Notes under the pieces: model-generated | What the model was told of the DNA's origin: nothing | Databases searched by the model: none | The model's input: the letters and a program-made list of their open reading frames with translations, nothing else | DNA from: Heterodontus francisci | Lineage: Eukaryota | Assembly: GCF_036365525.1 (NCBI RefSeq) | Contig: NC_090372.1 | Span: forward strand, 74,696,078 to 74,760,077 | Length of the DNA: 64,000 nucleotides | Reading direction: 5' to 3' | Program-made: the position numbers and the translations under genes | In this document: one piece after another, positions 48,925 to 62,103 of the stretch | Layout of the letters: each line of letters opens with the position of its first letter | Numbering within the stretch: the stretch's first letter is position 1

Positions 48925-50569
48925 AGACTGAGGCTATGGATCCTGTGGTTCTGATGAACGGGGCAATCGGCCTCGGGTCGAATTAAGGCTACCACACATT
49001 TCAAACGTAACCGTTACATTTCGTAGAATAAATCACATAAACCAATGTGGAGGACATCTTTCAAAAAGCAGATCCACGCCAGACAACGGTATATTTGTTC
49101 AATCCCCAAGCACAGATTTTTTTTATGTGGCTATCGCTGACAGTGTTACAAATTGGGCTTGAGGTTTTCTTGTAACTGATCTGTTTTGATTTTCTTTTTT
49201 AAAATCAAATTTAATTTTAGTTGTTATGCGTTTAGTGTTTTTCATACGCCTTGGCTGTCATCGCTGATTAGTTCAGGGGGAAATGGTATTGTCCAGCACC
49301 AAAGTGCCATTTTTTTCATACGCTACGCTTTTTAAAATTCTGTTTTGTCCGTATCGGTCATAGTATTGGAGTTTTATTCGCGCATTTGTGGAAATTTCGA
49401 GCGCATCGCAAACCTAAACTATCAAACCACTCTCAGCTTTCTTAAAAATCATGTCACGTATATTGAAAATGCGTTTAAATCGTTCATGCTAAACTAGAAC
49501 CCCTTTTCCGCTGGTAAATAAACGTCGCCTTGTGCCTAAATTTACATGGAGACAATTTCTTTACCAACAGTTTTGTGTTAGTTCGATTAGGAAGAAAGGC
49601 TAACAGTATCTAACAAAAGAGAGTCCACTTTACAAATAGTCATTCACTTAATCAAAACAAGAGCTTTGTGTCCGATACTGTTTCTAGGTTTGTTAGAATA
49701 AACATTTTGAAGATTGTTTCATAATTTAGCCGCGGGTTCAGCTATGTCTTTAGTTGTGCATTTAGTGAAAATTGCCGTATTTAATGGACCCAGAAATTAA
49801 ATAGTCATTCCTACCACGTATACTGTCTTTTTTCTCTCTCTGAAACAAGGACATCTACCGATCAATTTCACAGTGCTAAGTTTCCTTTCACAGCTTATTT
49901 AATACAAAAAGTTTTCGGCAGCTTTAATTGAAGGCTAAACTCTTAGAAATTGGACAGCTTATTTATATATATATTACTGTATATATTTAATATATATTTA
50001 ACAAAGTCTTATTCGCATAATTTCAATTTATGAGCGATAGCTTCTAGGCTGGCTTTATTTGTCCTACGAATGTCAGGTCAAAAGCAAAAGTAGAGAAAGC
50101 ATGGCACAAGCTGATTGAACACTGCGTCCTCTTAATTACACAAAAACAAAAACAAAAAGGAAGATTGAGATAAAATATTGACATATACAATACAATAGTT
50201 AACAACAGCAAATGTTCATTATTTGGAGACTGTCAAATTATATCTACGAAGAAAACTATCCATTGAAACAATCAGAATACGTTTGTGGAGTAAATCATCA
50301 CATAGTAACGACTATAGAAGCAGAAACATTCACACTTCACATTTATAAAACAATTAATCCTAAATACCGTATAATTATAGTATCCCATGGAATGCAGAGT
50401 TATTTGAACACTTGCTCTACCACTTAAACATTGACAGAAGCTCAAAGAGAGGGGGAACGAAAACAAACAGAAATACGAATATTTTCTCTGCACTGTTTAG
50501 CAGAATGAGCACATAATAACTCACTACCAAACAGAAAGGCCCAGACTAACTTCTTTCGAATTCGCGCTC

Positions 50570-50932
<363 letters not shown>

Positions 50933-51033
50933 TTAATGTAATAATTAACATATACATGCACTCTTTACGTAAAGTTGGAAGTAAGTGTCTGCATCTCAAG
51001 TTTTTAAAATTATTTTCCTCTATAAATACTCAC

Positions 51034-51463
51034 TAGAACTTGAATTCATTCGTTGCATCCAAGGATAAATTGGAGTACTGTACTTCCGGTCGTTTCCTTC
51101 TTCACTTAAAATTTTGTTTTGCGCACAATCTGGTTTGTAATGTTGGTCTGAAGAGAAGAAGTCATCCTGGGCTCTATGCTTTCCACTACCGGATGGCGAA
51201 ACACTGGCTAGATCCTTTTCAGGATAAAAACAAGAAGCTCCATAATCATACGATGCACGATTGCAAGCTATTACTGAGTTGGATTGTTGATAATAACAAG
51301 GTGACGAGTAACTCTTGTCCTGGAGCGTCGCTGCCCCATAGGAAGCTGGAAAGTGCCTTAGAGCATCATACCCCGTTGTATAGAGTGGGATCTGTCCGAG
51401 GAAGGAGTCCTGGCCACTGGGCAGTGAAACAGGGAAAGTAGGGTTCACAAAATACGAACTCAT
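51034..51463 (-). CDS. hoxa6: Hox-A6 coding exon 1
   Basis: [24 protein letters not shown] start (ATG at 51463), [10 protein letters not shown]; donor CTA|GTGAGT. Confidence 0.96.
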
Positions 51464-54400
51464 TTGCTCCACACTCTGTAGTAATATGATTTGTTATGTA
51501 TTAGTACACAATGTGGTTTAGCTATTAGTAGTCATCGAGGTGGTTTGTTTCAGGATGGCCGAGCGCCAAAGCGACAGCAGCAAATATAACCAGCTGATCA
51601 GTCTCTGGCCAATAGAAACTGACTCTGGTTCAAAAAACTCCCTGGAGATCCGGCGACTGAGCTAGCAAAGTTACAAACAACCAAATCAGTTCTGAACTAT
51701 AACAGAGGTGGTTCTGATAGAATATTATTGGTCCAGTAAGAATACAATAAGGTTACAGGATATAGTTATGCATGCATATATTATATAACTTCTCATATGG
51801 AAATATGACTGTGCATTACGCATCCAACAATAGCCAGATCAACAATGATTAGAAGACAGATGATAGAAAATGGAGGGTAATAAGAAATAAATCAACAAAT
51901 CATTAGTTCTGTAGATGTGCGTTCTAGGTAGACGCACAGGACAGATTAGATAGGTAAATAACAGTTGTAAGAATAGAGTACTAATTCAGCTTTCCATTTG
52001 AATTTTTCATTTTTTACAGGCACAAGCTTCCTTTTGTTAGCTCGTGTAGACTAGTTGAGAAACATCAGACATCAGTCTTTCTATAATATGTTTCTCTGTC
52101 CATTTTAAACTCGGTAAAGAACAATAGCGTCTACAAGTACTGAGACCCACAACAGCAAGTGTCCTTGAATTCTGCATTCAGTAAATCCATACTGGTAAAA
52201 GAAAAATAAATAAGGTGATGATAAGAGCATATATTCAGGGAGATGATTTATAGATTTAATTTTGAAATTCTTATAAAGAAAATCCCAACAGAAAAGCGCA
52301 ACGCGATATCTCAGCTTTAAAAGATTTCACAGTAATTGTGTGTGGGAGTAATTGTTATTGCACCAGCGCTCTTCATTAAAGCATGCAGGCATATACATGT
52401 GCATTTAGTATACAAACGCCACAGTACTTATATAGAAAAGTATTTAACCAACGTTCACGGGGTTTATTCAAACGGCCAAGCGATCTGCAAACACACAAAG
52501 GCTGGATTTTATACTTGATAAGCCTGTATATGGCTCCCTTCCATCAGAATGTTGTCTTAATTGCATACGATTGCAATTCGCTAATACTCCCCAAATCCCA
52601 ACTTCGATTTTCCATAATTGCTTACTGTTAAGGTTTTATCGACCATAAAATAGTGGAGTGTTTCTTTTGGAATAATTAGGCATTTTTGAACATCTCGATG
52701 GAGACATTTGTGTTTTGGAATAACAGGGCATTTACTGCGCCCTGAGCGCGGCATCAGCTCGTAGTGAAAGGACGGAAGCCAAGGGCTCCTTTCTAAAGAT
52801 CTCATCATCTCATTAGGTTTCCTTTCCTGTCAACAATGGTTACATCACATACTGAAGTATCTAGGTTACTGTAAACAATACATATATATGATAAGTATGT
52901 TTATATATTTTAAGTCGGGAAATGTTTAAGCACTGTAGTAAATAATGTTATAGCACCTATAATAGAACTTGAAACATACCAATTATAGGGCTATAATTGC
53001 AAATTAAGGCGAAATATGAACGCGGTTGTTTAGTAGTCGGGCAACTTTGCATTTTGATTGTTAAAAATGTCTACTTGGGATGGATGCCACTTCATTGATG
53101 ACAAGTTGTTACAATTCCACGAGTCGGTTAATTTTCGGTCCTGAAAGCTTATACCTGTCTCTCTTTCCTAATTATAGACTGACTAAAAAAAAACAAAAGC
53201 CGGCCGAAATCACAAGCTATATCTGTTCGAAGTGTGAGTATAAATGCAGCACAATTTATGGAGGAAAATGTGCAAGAACACGCCAGTTCGATACCTCTTA
53301 ATGAAAGGCCGACGCTTGCCGCTTTCCTCAGTTTCTGCCCTAAAGCCTCTTACCATGTTTTGTAATTTGTGCTTTTTCTTCTAATTGTACCTAGCATTTT
53401 AATAAATTCGAAGTTTCCTCATCAATGTTGAATCTGTTCTGTTTATGATTTTCTTTACATATTTTTAGTTTTCGTTTATTCGTGACATTCATTACACAAA
53501 CGTGAAGATTTGATTTTGAAGCCCCCACAATTACTGCACTCTTATAACGGAGAATCTTCACACAAGTTAGTGTGGTGCATATGACCGAAAAACAGATGAG
53601 TAAAAGGTGATATTGAAAGATGAAAAGGGCACAGCTATTACTTTCCAATTAGGTGAAACGGCTAATAACCACTTCACAACTGCGGCTGCATCATGTCTTA
53701 GGAAAACTGAAAAAAAAACAAGACAATATAGAGTGTGAACACACTGAGTGGGGTAAATGGCTACTGAAGAACCCATAGAGTGTATTAAACAATAATTTGA
53801 TCTATATTTATCTATTGGACGGAAAACAACGCAGAACAATTTGAACTTTTTAATCACTAGTGTACACTTTGATATATTTTACAATTCATTTTTTAAAATT
53901 ATCATGGCACCTTCAGAAAATACAGTACCAATTTATTTTTCTTCCACGCTCGCTTGCAGTTAATTAGGAAATGGTGTGCAAAAGGTTAAATGCTGTCATT
54001 GCGATTTATTCTTTCCGTTGACGTATTTGTATTTCCTTGCAGATAGCAAAAACTTCCGAATGATAATATAAAATAATATATTGTGAACAGATTGAATCTG
54101 GAATTCAATGTAATGAATTTTCGCATCGTTGATGTAAGAGAATGTCAGTCATTTTGAAAAAAAATCAGATTATTGTAAAATCCACAAGTATGTAAATTAT
54201 ATTTTATTTTGTCGTTAATAAGAGGGGATTTCCTGACCAAGTCTTATTTGTTCCTGGGGTAATCAGGACTGATGCAGCCTAATTAGTTACTGCGGATGTA
54301 ATTCCAGTCATAAATAACTTCTACTTCTCCTGACCTATTAGATATAATTGGGGCCTAGTTTGGAGTCTGATGAAGAAAGATTCTACAAAATAACAGCATT

Positions 54401-56850
54401 TAAACATGCATTTAAACCACTTACCTCATTCTGCAGAAATAAAGCAACACAACCTCTTTGAAATTGTAAATTGCGAGGCCATGTTTCAAGATGGCAACCC
54501 ACCTGGCGCGTTATATCATTGCAACGCTCATCTCTCGTTAACAAGTTGTCGCTTTTTAAACTACAATTCTTGCAAGGAAGCAGTATAAATTTCCAATTGC
54601 TTTGTTGTAACTGTAACAGCTTCCAATGATCGAATGTTATTGCAGTCTCTAGTTCGTCAGAGTTGTATTTTTAAGAGATTAAAATAAGTGCAGTACTTTA
54701 CCACCAGAAAACGGGCCTATTCATAACACTCTCGATTAATCGACAACACTGTTTCTTTGTTACACATGTTTAACTTCAGGGTTAATTCAAACTCTTAAAT
54801 TCGAATTCATGTTTATTTTACTCTTATACCGGTAAATAAAATCTCGAATAAAACTCTTTGTGGCGTCTTGAATATGGGTTATTATAACAGTTTAAGAATA
54901 TAATTAAGGAGGCTTCGTAGATTTATAGTGAACGGGTTTAATATTTCTCAGTTTTTTTCTCAACAATCACAAACTGACTTTTAAATTTAATTGGCTGCTT
55001 CTAACCATAAATGCGCTCATATTTTAGCTTCTAAGTTTTGCTTTAATATTAACTATTTACTAACGATCAATCAGGATCCAATAACTAATTGTGGGGAAGT
55101 ATTGCAGATGTACAAATATTCAACTCAAAGGCTTTGTATGTTCTTACTGACATACCGAGCGTACAGTTCACAAGGGTGGTGGGGGTTATCATTCGTTTCT
55201 CAGTGCAGTTCAAAGCCCGTGGTTACAATCATTTTAAATTTAAACAATTAATTCCATGTAAATAAGCTCTAAATGTCACTTTAATCGAGTTCAGTGCATC
55301 CAGGTATTATGAAAGCAAAATGCTGATTACTGGACTAGTCCACAAAGCAAAGGTTAATTTAAGAATGCAAGTCAACCAGTTTATCAGCAACACATGATCT
55401 GGAGACGCTGCGCAGCAGTAACTCAAGTTTGTCCACACTCCAAACACACGGTGGCAGCAACGAGTCCAAAAAGGACAGCAAACATCAATATCCACGGGCA
55501 CACATACACACATTTTCAATCAGACAGGACTAATTGTCTCAGTGCCGGAAAGACAACCTCCGTGTTATGCAAAAACCTGTTAAATTTACATGTCCGCATC
55601 CGAAATACGATGTTTTTGAACATTTCTCACTCTTGAGCAACATCAGCACAGAAATAAACCACAATTACGCCTCCCAGTTAAACGCTAGCATATAACCTTG
55701 AATGTACGGCGTGCATTTGATAGCTATCAGATCATTTGCCACGAAAATAATAAAAATATTTTTAAAGTACGCAGTATCTTAACGAAAATTATGCGTTGTA
55801 AGAATGACGATTCAAAAGAAATAAATCACTTTTTCAGCGAACGACGGTCGTCGCTATCGCTGCAACCACGCGATTAATTGCAGCTGAAATAAGTGTTTTC
55901 TTTCACCCCCATAAAATCTTCAAAATCTTGCGTTAAAACGAGACATATCTTCAGGATTCCCGCTATATGACAATTAAAAACTTAATCAAGGGATGTGTTT
56001 TACTTCTTTACATTTGTTCCTTATGCTAAACACGTTGAACGAACAAGACGGTTGTTGATCAAATCAACCAGAACGTACGACGTCAAAAGGATTATTCACA
56101 CTCTTGTGAAAACAATTATATTTCAAAAATTCAAATACATAAAAAATGCCTCTAAAAATTGTCAAATTATTTTAAATAAGTGCTCAACAAATACTACATT
56201 TCGAGTTAATACATTCGAAAGGTGGTCGTCACTTTTTGCATCATATCATTCAACTTTCACAAATTAAAGATCTTTAAAGAGCAGATTTTACAATAACTTG
56301 TTTAAAAGGCAATTTTTGATTTTTGCAGAGCTGCAAAGCTGAGAATGACGAGTGGGCCTTACCTTGTCGCTGAGTCTATCTGTCGGCCCGTCTATCACGG
56401 GCTCTGCACAGACCGTGTGTCGTATTTGCTGAGCCCCAGTGTCAGTGTTTGCAGAGCCCGTGCTACTTTGACAGCTGTCCGTTCAGCTCCATCCCAGGCC
56501 AATGGCTCTCGCATTCCGCCAGCGGCATTTGGTGACGACTTGCTGGAAACTGCCCTGCGGATCACAGCCGGCGCTTTTTAATCCAATGCTCCACCTTCCG
56601 TGGAGGAATTCGTAGCTGCCAGCCATGAGACTTGTGCTGAAAGCTTGAATGCATTGAAGCTCCATAGGCAATAATCACTGCGCTGAGAGGGGGAAAAAGA
56701 ACAAAATATGCGTTGAAAAAGCCCGCAAGCTCTCACATCCGAACCAACACGCGCTTACACAAGAATGCAGCTCTATAGTCGCAAGGGAAATTATAAAAAG
56801 TTCATGTTCACGGTTACACTCCACATGACTTTCAGCGGCCAATGGAAAAA

Positions 56851-56930
56851 CCGAACAACTCGTAAAGTTCTATTGCAAAGTTGTAAATTTTCATAAAACA
56901 ACAACGGATTTATGACATTTCCCCATGACT
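56851..56930 (-). promoter_or_regulatory. Conserved inter-cluster element between Hox7 and Hox6 (H8/7-6 four-cluster-sequence-like)
   Basis: Minus strand ATGGGGAAATGTCATAAATCCGTTGTTGTTTTATGAAAATTTACAAC...TTTACGAG; dense Cdx/Hox sites; identity from recall. Confidence 0.6.
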
Positions 56931-58066
56931 ATTAGGAGGCAGGTCCTAGACGCCATTTTTAACAAAGAGACAAGTTAAAATTGTGAAATTATTAAAGATT
57001 TTTTCCGCGGTTTAAAAATAAATTTCCAGTTTCTGAAGTCACGTTATCATGATAATAACACCCGGCTGAAATTTGTGCTTTTTAAAAAGCAAAAGTCATT
57101 ATTGTTTCTGCACTCAGCCTGTTATTATAACAGATCAATTCTGTTGTACGTATAATCGCGTCTATTGTATCGATATTTTTTTCCAGTTTACTCGTTTTGT
57201 GAATATGCTACAGTTTAAAAAATGGCCGTAAGCTCGCCCAATTGTGTGATCTAGCTACAAGTTACAGTGCCGCACTGCATACAGATCATATAAGATCTGC
57301 GCTTGCCCGAAAATTCGTTCAAAGCTCGGCGATGACAGAGCGACTTGGCTATTTTTATTCCCCATTTCAAATATTTTTTTTTACTGAAACCGGATACCAC
57401 ACTGGACTACCCTCTCATTTTTTCCATTTTTCTTCGACTGCTTTCAAACGGAAATATGAGTACGATCAGGCATTGGATCCAGATTCGAATGTATTGCGTT
57501 CGGATATTGCTTTGTTTAAAAAATAAATAATCTTGCCAATTATAATCGAAATTACGCAATTTTAATAATCGATTTCTCATATTCAGTTTTAATCAGTACA
57601 ACGTTTGCCTATTTCGTGTAGAAAAACTATGTATCAATGTGTTTGTTAAAAATCAGATTAGAAGGCACTGTGGTGTAGAAATAATTATATATTACTTTTG
57701 TAAAAGCTTATATTAATTGCTGTTATTACTGATGTTACTTTAGCCTTTATAACGAATCTTGTGCCCACTCATTTGGTGGTAACTGCTCAGGCAAGAAAGC
57801 GAGACCGTGTTTATTCAAGCACCGTTTAATGTTTCTGAATTTTGTTTGCCTACTGAGACTCCATTCAAAGTATACATGGTTGGAACGAATACATGTATTT
57901 CAAATAGATTGCACCTTAAACTTTTAACATCGGTTATTGTTTAACGACACATACACAGATTACAAAGCAAACTTTCGATTGACACCACACTGAATATGGA
58001 ACCACAATATATCCAGTCGACGATGCAGTTCGCATTTTCTATTATTACATTTGGTTATTAGATACT

Positions 58067-58072
58067 TTTATT
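58067..58072 (-). terminator. Likely hoxa7 polyadenylation signal
   Basis: AATAAA downstream of the last miR-196 site. Confidence 0.45.
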
Positions 58073-58315
58073 TTATAATTTAAACAGTACACATGTATAA
58101 GACAACTGATACAATATACTTAAAGAAACACAATTACATCATTCAGTCATACATGGTTTCTTTGAAATCTTTAGCAGTATATATTTTAATGCCATCGATC
58201 AAAAAGAAATAATACAATTTCCCCCTTCTAATACGACTTTTTTTTTTGCTTTTTACGATATGTAATTAAGCACAGTGCGTAACGATTCCATTCGCTTCAA
58301 ACGTAAACCGGCATT

Positions 58316-59334
58316 TAGGTAGTTATCACTATTTTTGCATTATAAAGTGGTTATATACGCACCTCATTAAAAAAAAACACATACATCAGTATATAGTTCA
58401 CATTTTTACTCTCATATTATGGTACTGTTTTAAGAAGTGCGAAAAGTCAATACTCCCAGAACAACACTTTTTCCATAGAAACGAATGTTAAATTAAAACA
58501 TTTAGGTAGTTTCCATAAACGTGCAAGATGTCCACTATTGTGGTTTAGGTAGTTACATTTCATTGCTATGTGAAAACAGAAAACGTTTTTATTCTGTTAA
58601 TCGAACGATATATCTCTGAATTAAGTGGCACACTCAGAGAACAATTAAGAAAGAATGTAGAAAATGATAGAAACAAAGAATTGAACATAAGTAAACTATT
58701 TTACTCGTCGAGTTAGCTTTCTGTCAGTTCTTGCACAATATGGTCGAGTGGCTCAATACTTGACGTCTGGACTGGAAATGAGTAACCACCATCACAGTAT
58801 TTTTATATTGTGAATAGTAAGCAGAAATACTTTGAAATATATGAAGAAGACACGTTAGCAGAGGTAAAATAAGTTTGAGAAATAGCTCAGTGCATGATAT
58901 ATTTATATCACATAGTGCTATAGTGAATTTTACATTACATAGATTACAACAATGGTTACATTTTGTTTTATCGGCGATCATTGTGCTAATCGTTGCACTA
59001 TTGGAGATTCAGAATCCGAATCCAATTCCCTTTATTTTAATAACGGAGAACAAGGGTTTCGAATTTCATTCAGTTTCATTTTATTATTACGGAGCAAAAG
59101 TCTTAATTAAACTAGAGAAAACAAGCATTCCATTGTTTTTCCTGTGACATCTGCAGACAAATGTTCTAAAGCCTACCGTTTTCATTTTATTACTGAAAGC
59201 ACGGATTCTGAACCCAATTCCTATATTTCTAACTAATGTTGGTAAAGATTCTGATTTTTTTTTTTGACTGAAACCAAAATCAGAGAACTTTAAATTCATG
59301 ATTTCGGAAGAACTTATTAAAACATATAGGTAGT
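58316..59334 (-). promoter_or_regulatory. Four miR-196 8mer sites in the hoxa7 3'UTR
   Basis: ACTACCTA on the mRNA (TAGGTAGT on +) at 58316-58323, 58503-58510, 58546-58553 and 59327-59334. Confidence 0.85.
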
Positions 59335-59455
59335 ATATGAGTGCTAGTGCACAGCATTTTTGTAATAGTCCAATAGTGTGGTTAGCTGGTCAAATGTCAG
59401 CTATGGCGGCTGAAGAACAACTTTATTAGCACAGTTCAAGATTCAGCTGGAAGTC

Positions 59456-59749
<294 letters not shown>

Positions 59750-60473
59750 TTAGAATATGCAAGTAATTCGGTCAACCTATTAATGCCCTTTCTAACTTTC
59801 TCTCGTCTATCTCTGCTCTTTCATAACTTATTAAAATGTCTGTGGCTGAGCAAAATATTCGAATGCCAATTGTTTGGTTTAAGGTGTAAATAAGCATTTG
59901 GGTTCGCAGCGGGATCTTCTTCTGGTAGAGCATTTAAAAATTAAAGTTATTTCCCAAGGTTCAATGGAAGTCAGTGTGTGTTCTTAGCTATTGGTTTCTG
60001 TCCAAGCCGGGACTCACAACGTTATTTCACCGGTGATACAAGACAGCAATGTTAAACTTCGGACACAGAAATGACAGGTAACTGAAATCTTAAGCTTGCA
60101 TGTATGTTTTTTCATGTGTGTTAGATTCTAACGCCAGCAAGTAAAACCCCAGATCCTCTCTGATGGTTAGAGCTCCTGTACTATAAAACCAATGTGGTGC
60201 GTTTTATATACCAACCTGCATCTACAAAAGGGAAGCTTTATAAGGGCCCAGAGATCTTTCTCGAGGTGAAAAACAAAAAAGAATCTTCAACTCCATGACC
60301 TTGCTTTATCTGTAAACCTATTTTGGACCTGGAATATATCATTCTACATTTACTCAAGGAATATCCGGTTTTCCCGCGTATCAGTAAAAGAAATGTTCTT
60401 ATTTGGTGTTGATAAAAGTGGGTAAACAAGCAATATGTGAGTTGCTGTTAACTTTAAAGGAGCGGAAGTCGAG

Positions 60474-60526
60474 TGCTTTTACGAGGATTGTACTGATTAA
60501 TTGTGCAATAAAAGTTTTATGATTGC
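60474..60526 (-). promoter_or_regulatory. HB1-type element in the hoxa7 intron
   Basis: Clustered TTTTACGA, GATTAATT, CAATAAA and TTTTATGA Hox/Cdx sites. Confidence 0.6.
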
Positions 60527-60670
60527 TATCTACATACAATACCACATGCGTTTGAGGAACTGTTCCTCAGCTATCATTAAAACCCTTAACTACCTCCAGG
60601 ATGTACTGGCACTCATTTTAACTGGTCATTTGCACGTTTCTCATAGCTATGTTACATTTATGTCCCATAC

Positions 60671-61064
60671 CTGCATTCCTCATCCAGGGGTAAATCCGGA
60701 AATTGCTCTCTGCTTGAGGGTGCACGTTTGTCTGATCCAATTTTTCGCAACCCTGTTTGCTCAAATCGCTGCAAAGAACTGGAATATTCTGGTCTAAGGC
60801 AGAGCAGCGCAGGTTGTAGGAATCTGAATTTAGATTATAACCTGTGTTGTACATGGTAGGGCCGTGATAGATTGCACTGTTAACATTGTACAGCCCGGCC
60901 ATCGGGGCTGGGAAGGCGCTGGCGCCCGCTCCATAGCTGGATCTTTGTGAGTTGGTAGCAAAGGCGCAAGAAGTTGCTTCTGTAAAGCCACTCGCGTTCT
61001 GGAAAACGGATGTCCCCGCCGTATATTTGGGAAAAAGAGCATTCACATAATACGACGAACTCAT
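60671..61064 (-). CDS. hoxa7: Hox-A7 coding exon 1
   Basis: MSSSYYVNALFPKYTAG start (ATG at 61064), NFRIYPWMRNA; donor CAG|GTATGG. Confidence 0.96.
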
Positions 61065-62070
61065 AATTTTGTCTGGTGATTTGTTGGCCAAGGCTCTTCA
61101 GTGTCGGTTTTACGAGATAGCGTGATATATGGCAGCATTACACCCCCGATTTACACCAAACACCCATTTTCCTTCAGTCCGACTTATTTCTATTCACGTG
61201 ACCCGACCATGTGATCCCGTCCCCCAATAGCATTCCACATCACAGGTGGTAAATAGCATGTTATCCGATTATTTTCGAAATTAAATTGTGAAAAAATCAT
61301 ACACAATGTTTTACAACATTATTAATGTGTAGATTGTGCAACTTTAAAAGGTAAGTATCTTCTAATAATTACTTTACAAACCACTGTCCCACATGCAAGT
61401 GAAGGCTTTAAGGTTGCAGGTATGTTTCCAACATTTTTGAAAATAAGATGTATGATGAATTTGGAAGTGTGTGTAATGAAACGGTTACTGGACATAAAAC
61501 ATGAGACACTGCATTTATTTAGAAATAAGAATTTTTTATGAGTAGTAAGAGCTCGATGGTCGCATTGGATTAATATTAAGGATCATTCTACCCTTTGCGT
61601 TAAAAAGAAAAGGTTTAAATGGTTTCAACTAAAGGAAGCGAGCACTTCCACTGTTTCTCCCCCTCCCTGTCGAGTTGTTTGCTGTCTTGCAGTACCATGC
61701 AATCACTGTACAATACTGGAGAAACTGTAGCCCTGTTGAATTAATTGTCAATACACATGTAATCTCTAGATTATAGAATAATCTGCGTGGTTTTATTGAG
61801 GACTACAGATGCAAATTTGATATTGCAGCAGCATCGTACAGGGCGGCTCTGTTATTAACTCGTTTTTTTAACATTCAAGCCTGTTTGTATATTGATTTAT
61901 AAAAATGCACAATTTCACTTTGGAGATTAGCACGTTTCCTCTGACGGGTTTCAGTGCAACAGCTATTCCGTGGAAACCTTTTGGAGTTGCTAAGTAATCT
62001 GATTAGAACCCCGCAGGGGATTTACCCCGGTATCATTTCCTCCTTCTGTTTTACAACTTTTTTTTCTCTT

Positions 62071-62103
62071 CCCCCCACCCCCCCCCCCCCCCCCCACCGC
62101 CCC
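62071..62103. repeat. Poly-C tract
   Basis: C-runs of 6 and 18 with short interruptions, preceded by a T-rich run. Confidence 0.9.

Noticed and set aside
48606-49004. 132-aa ORF upstream of hoxa5
   Set aside because: Non-ATG start and spans promoter DNA; openness is explained by GC-rich conserved sequence
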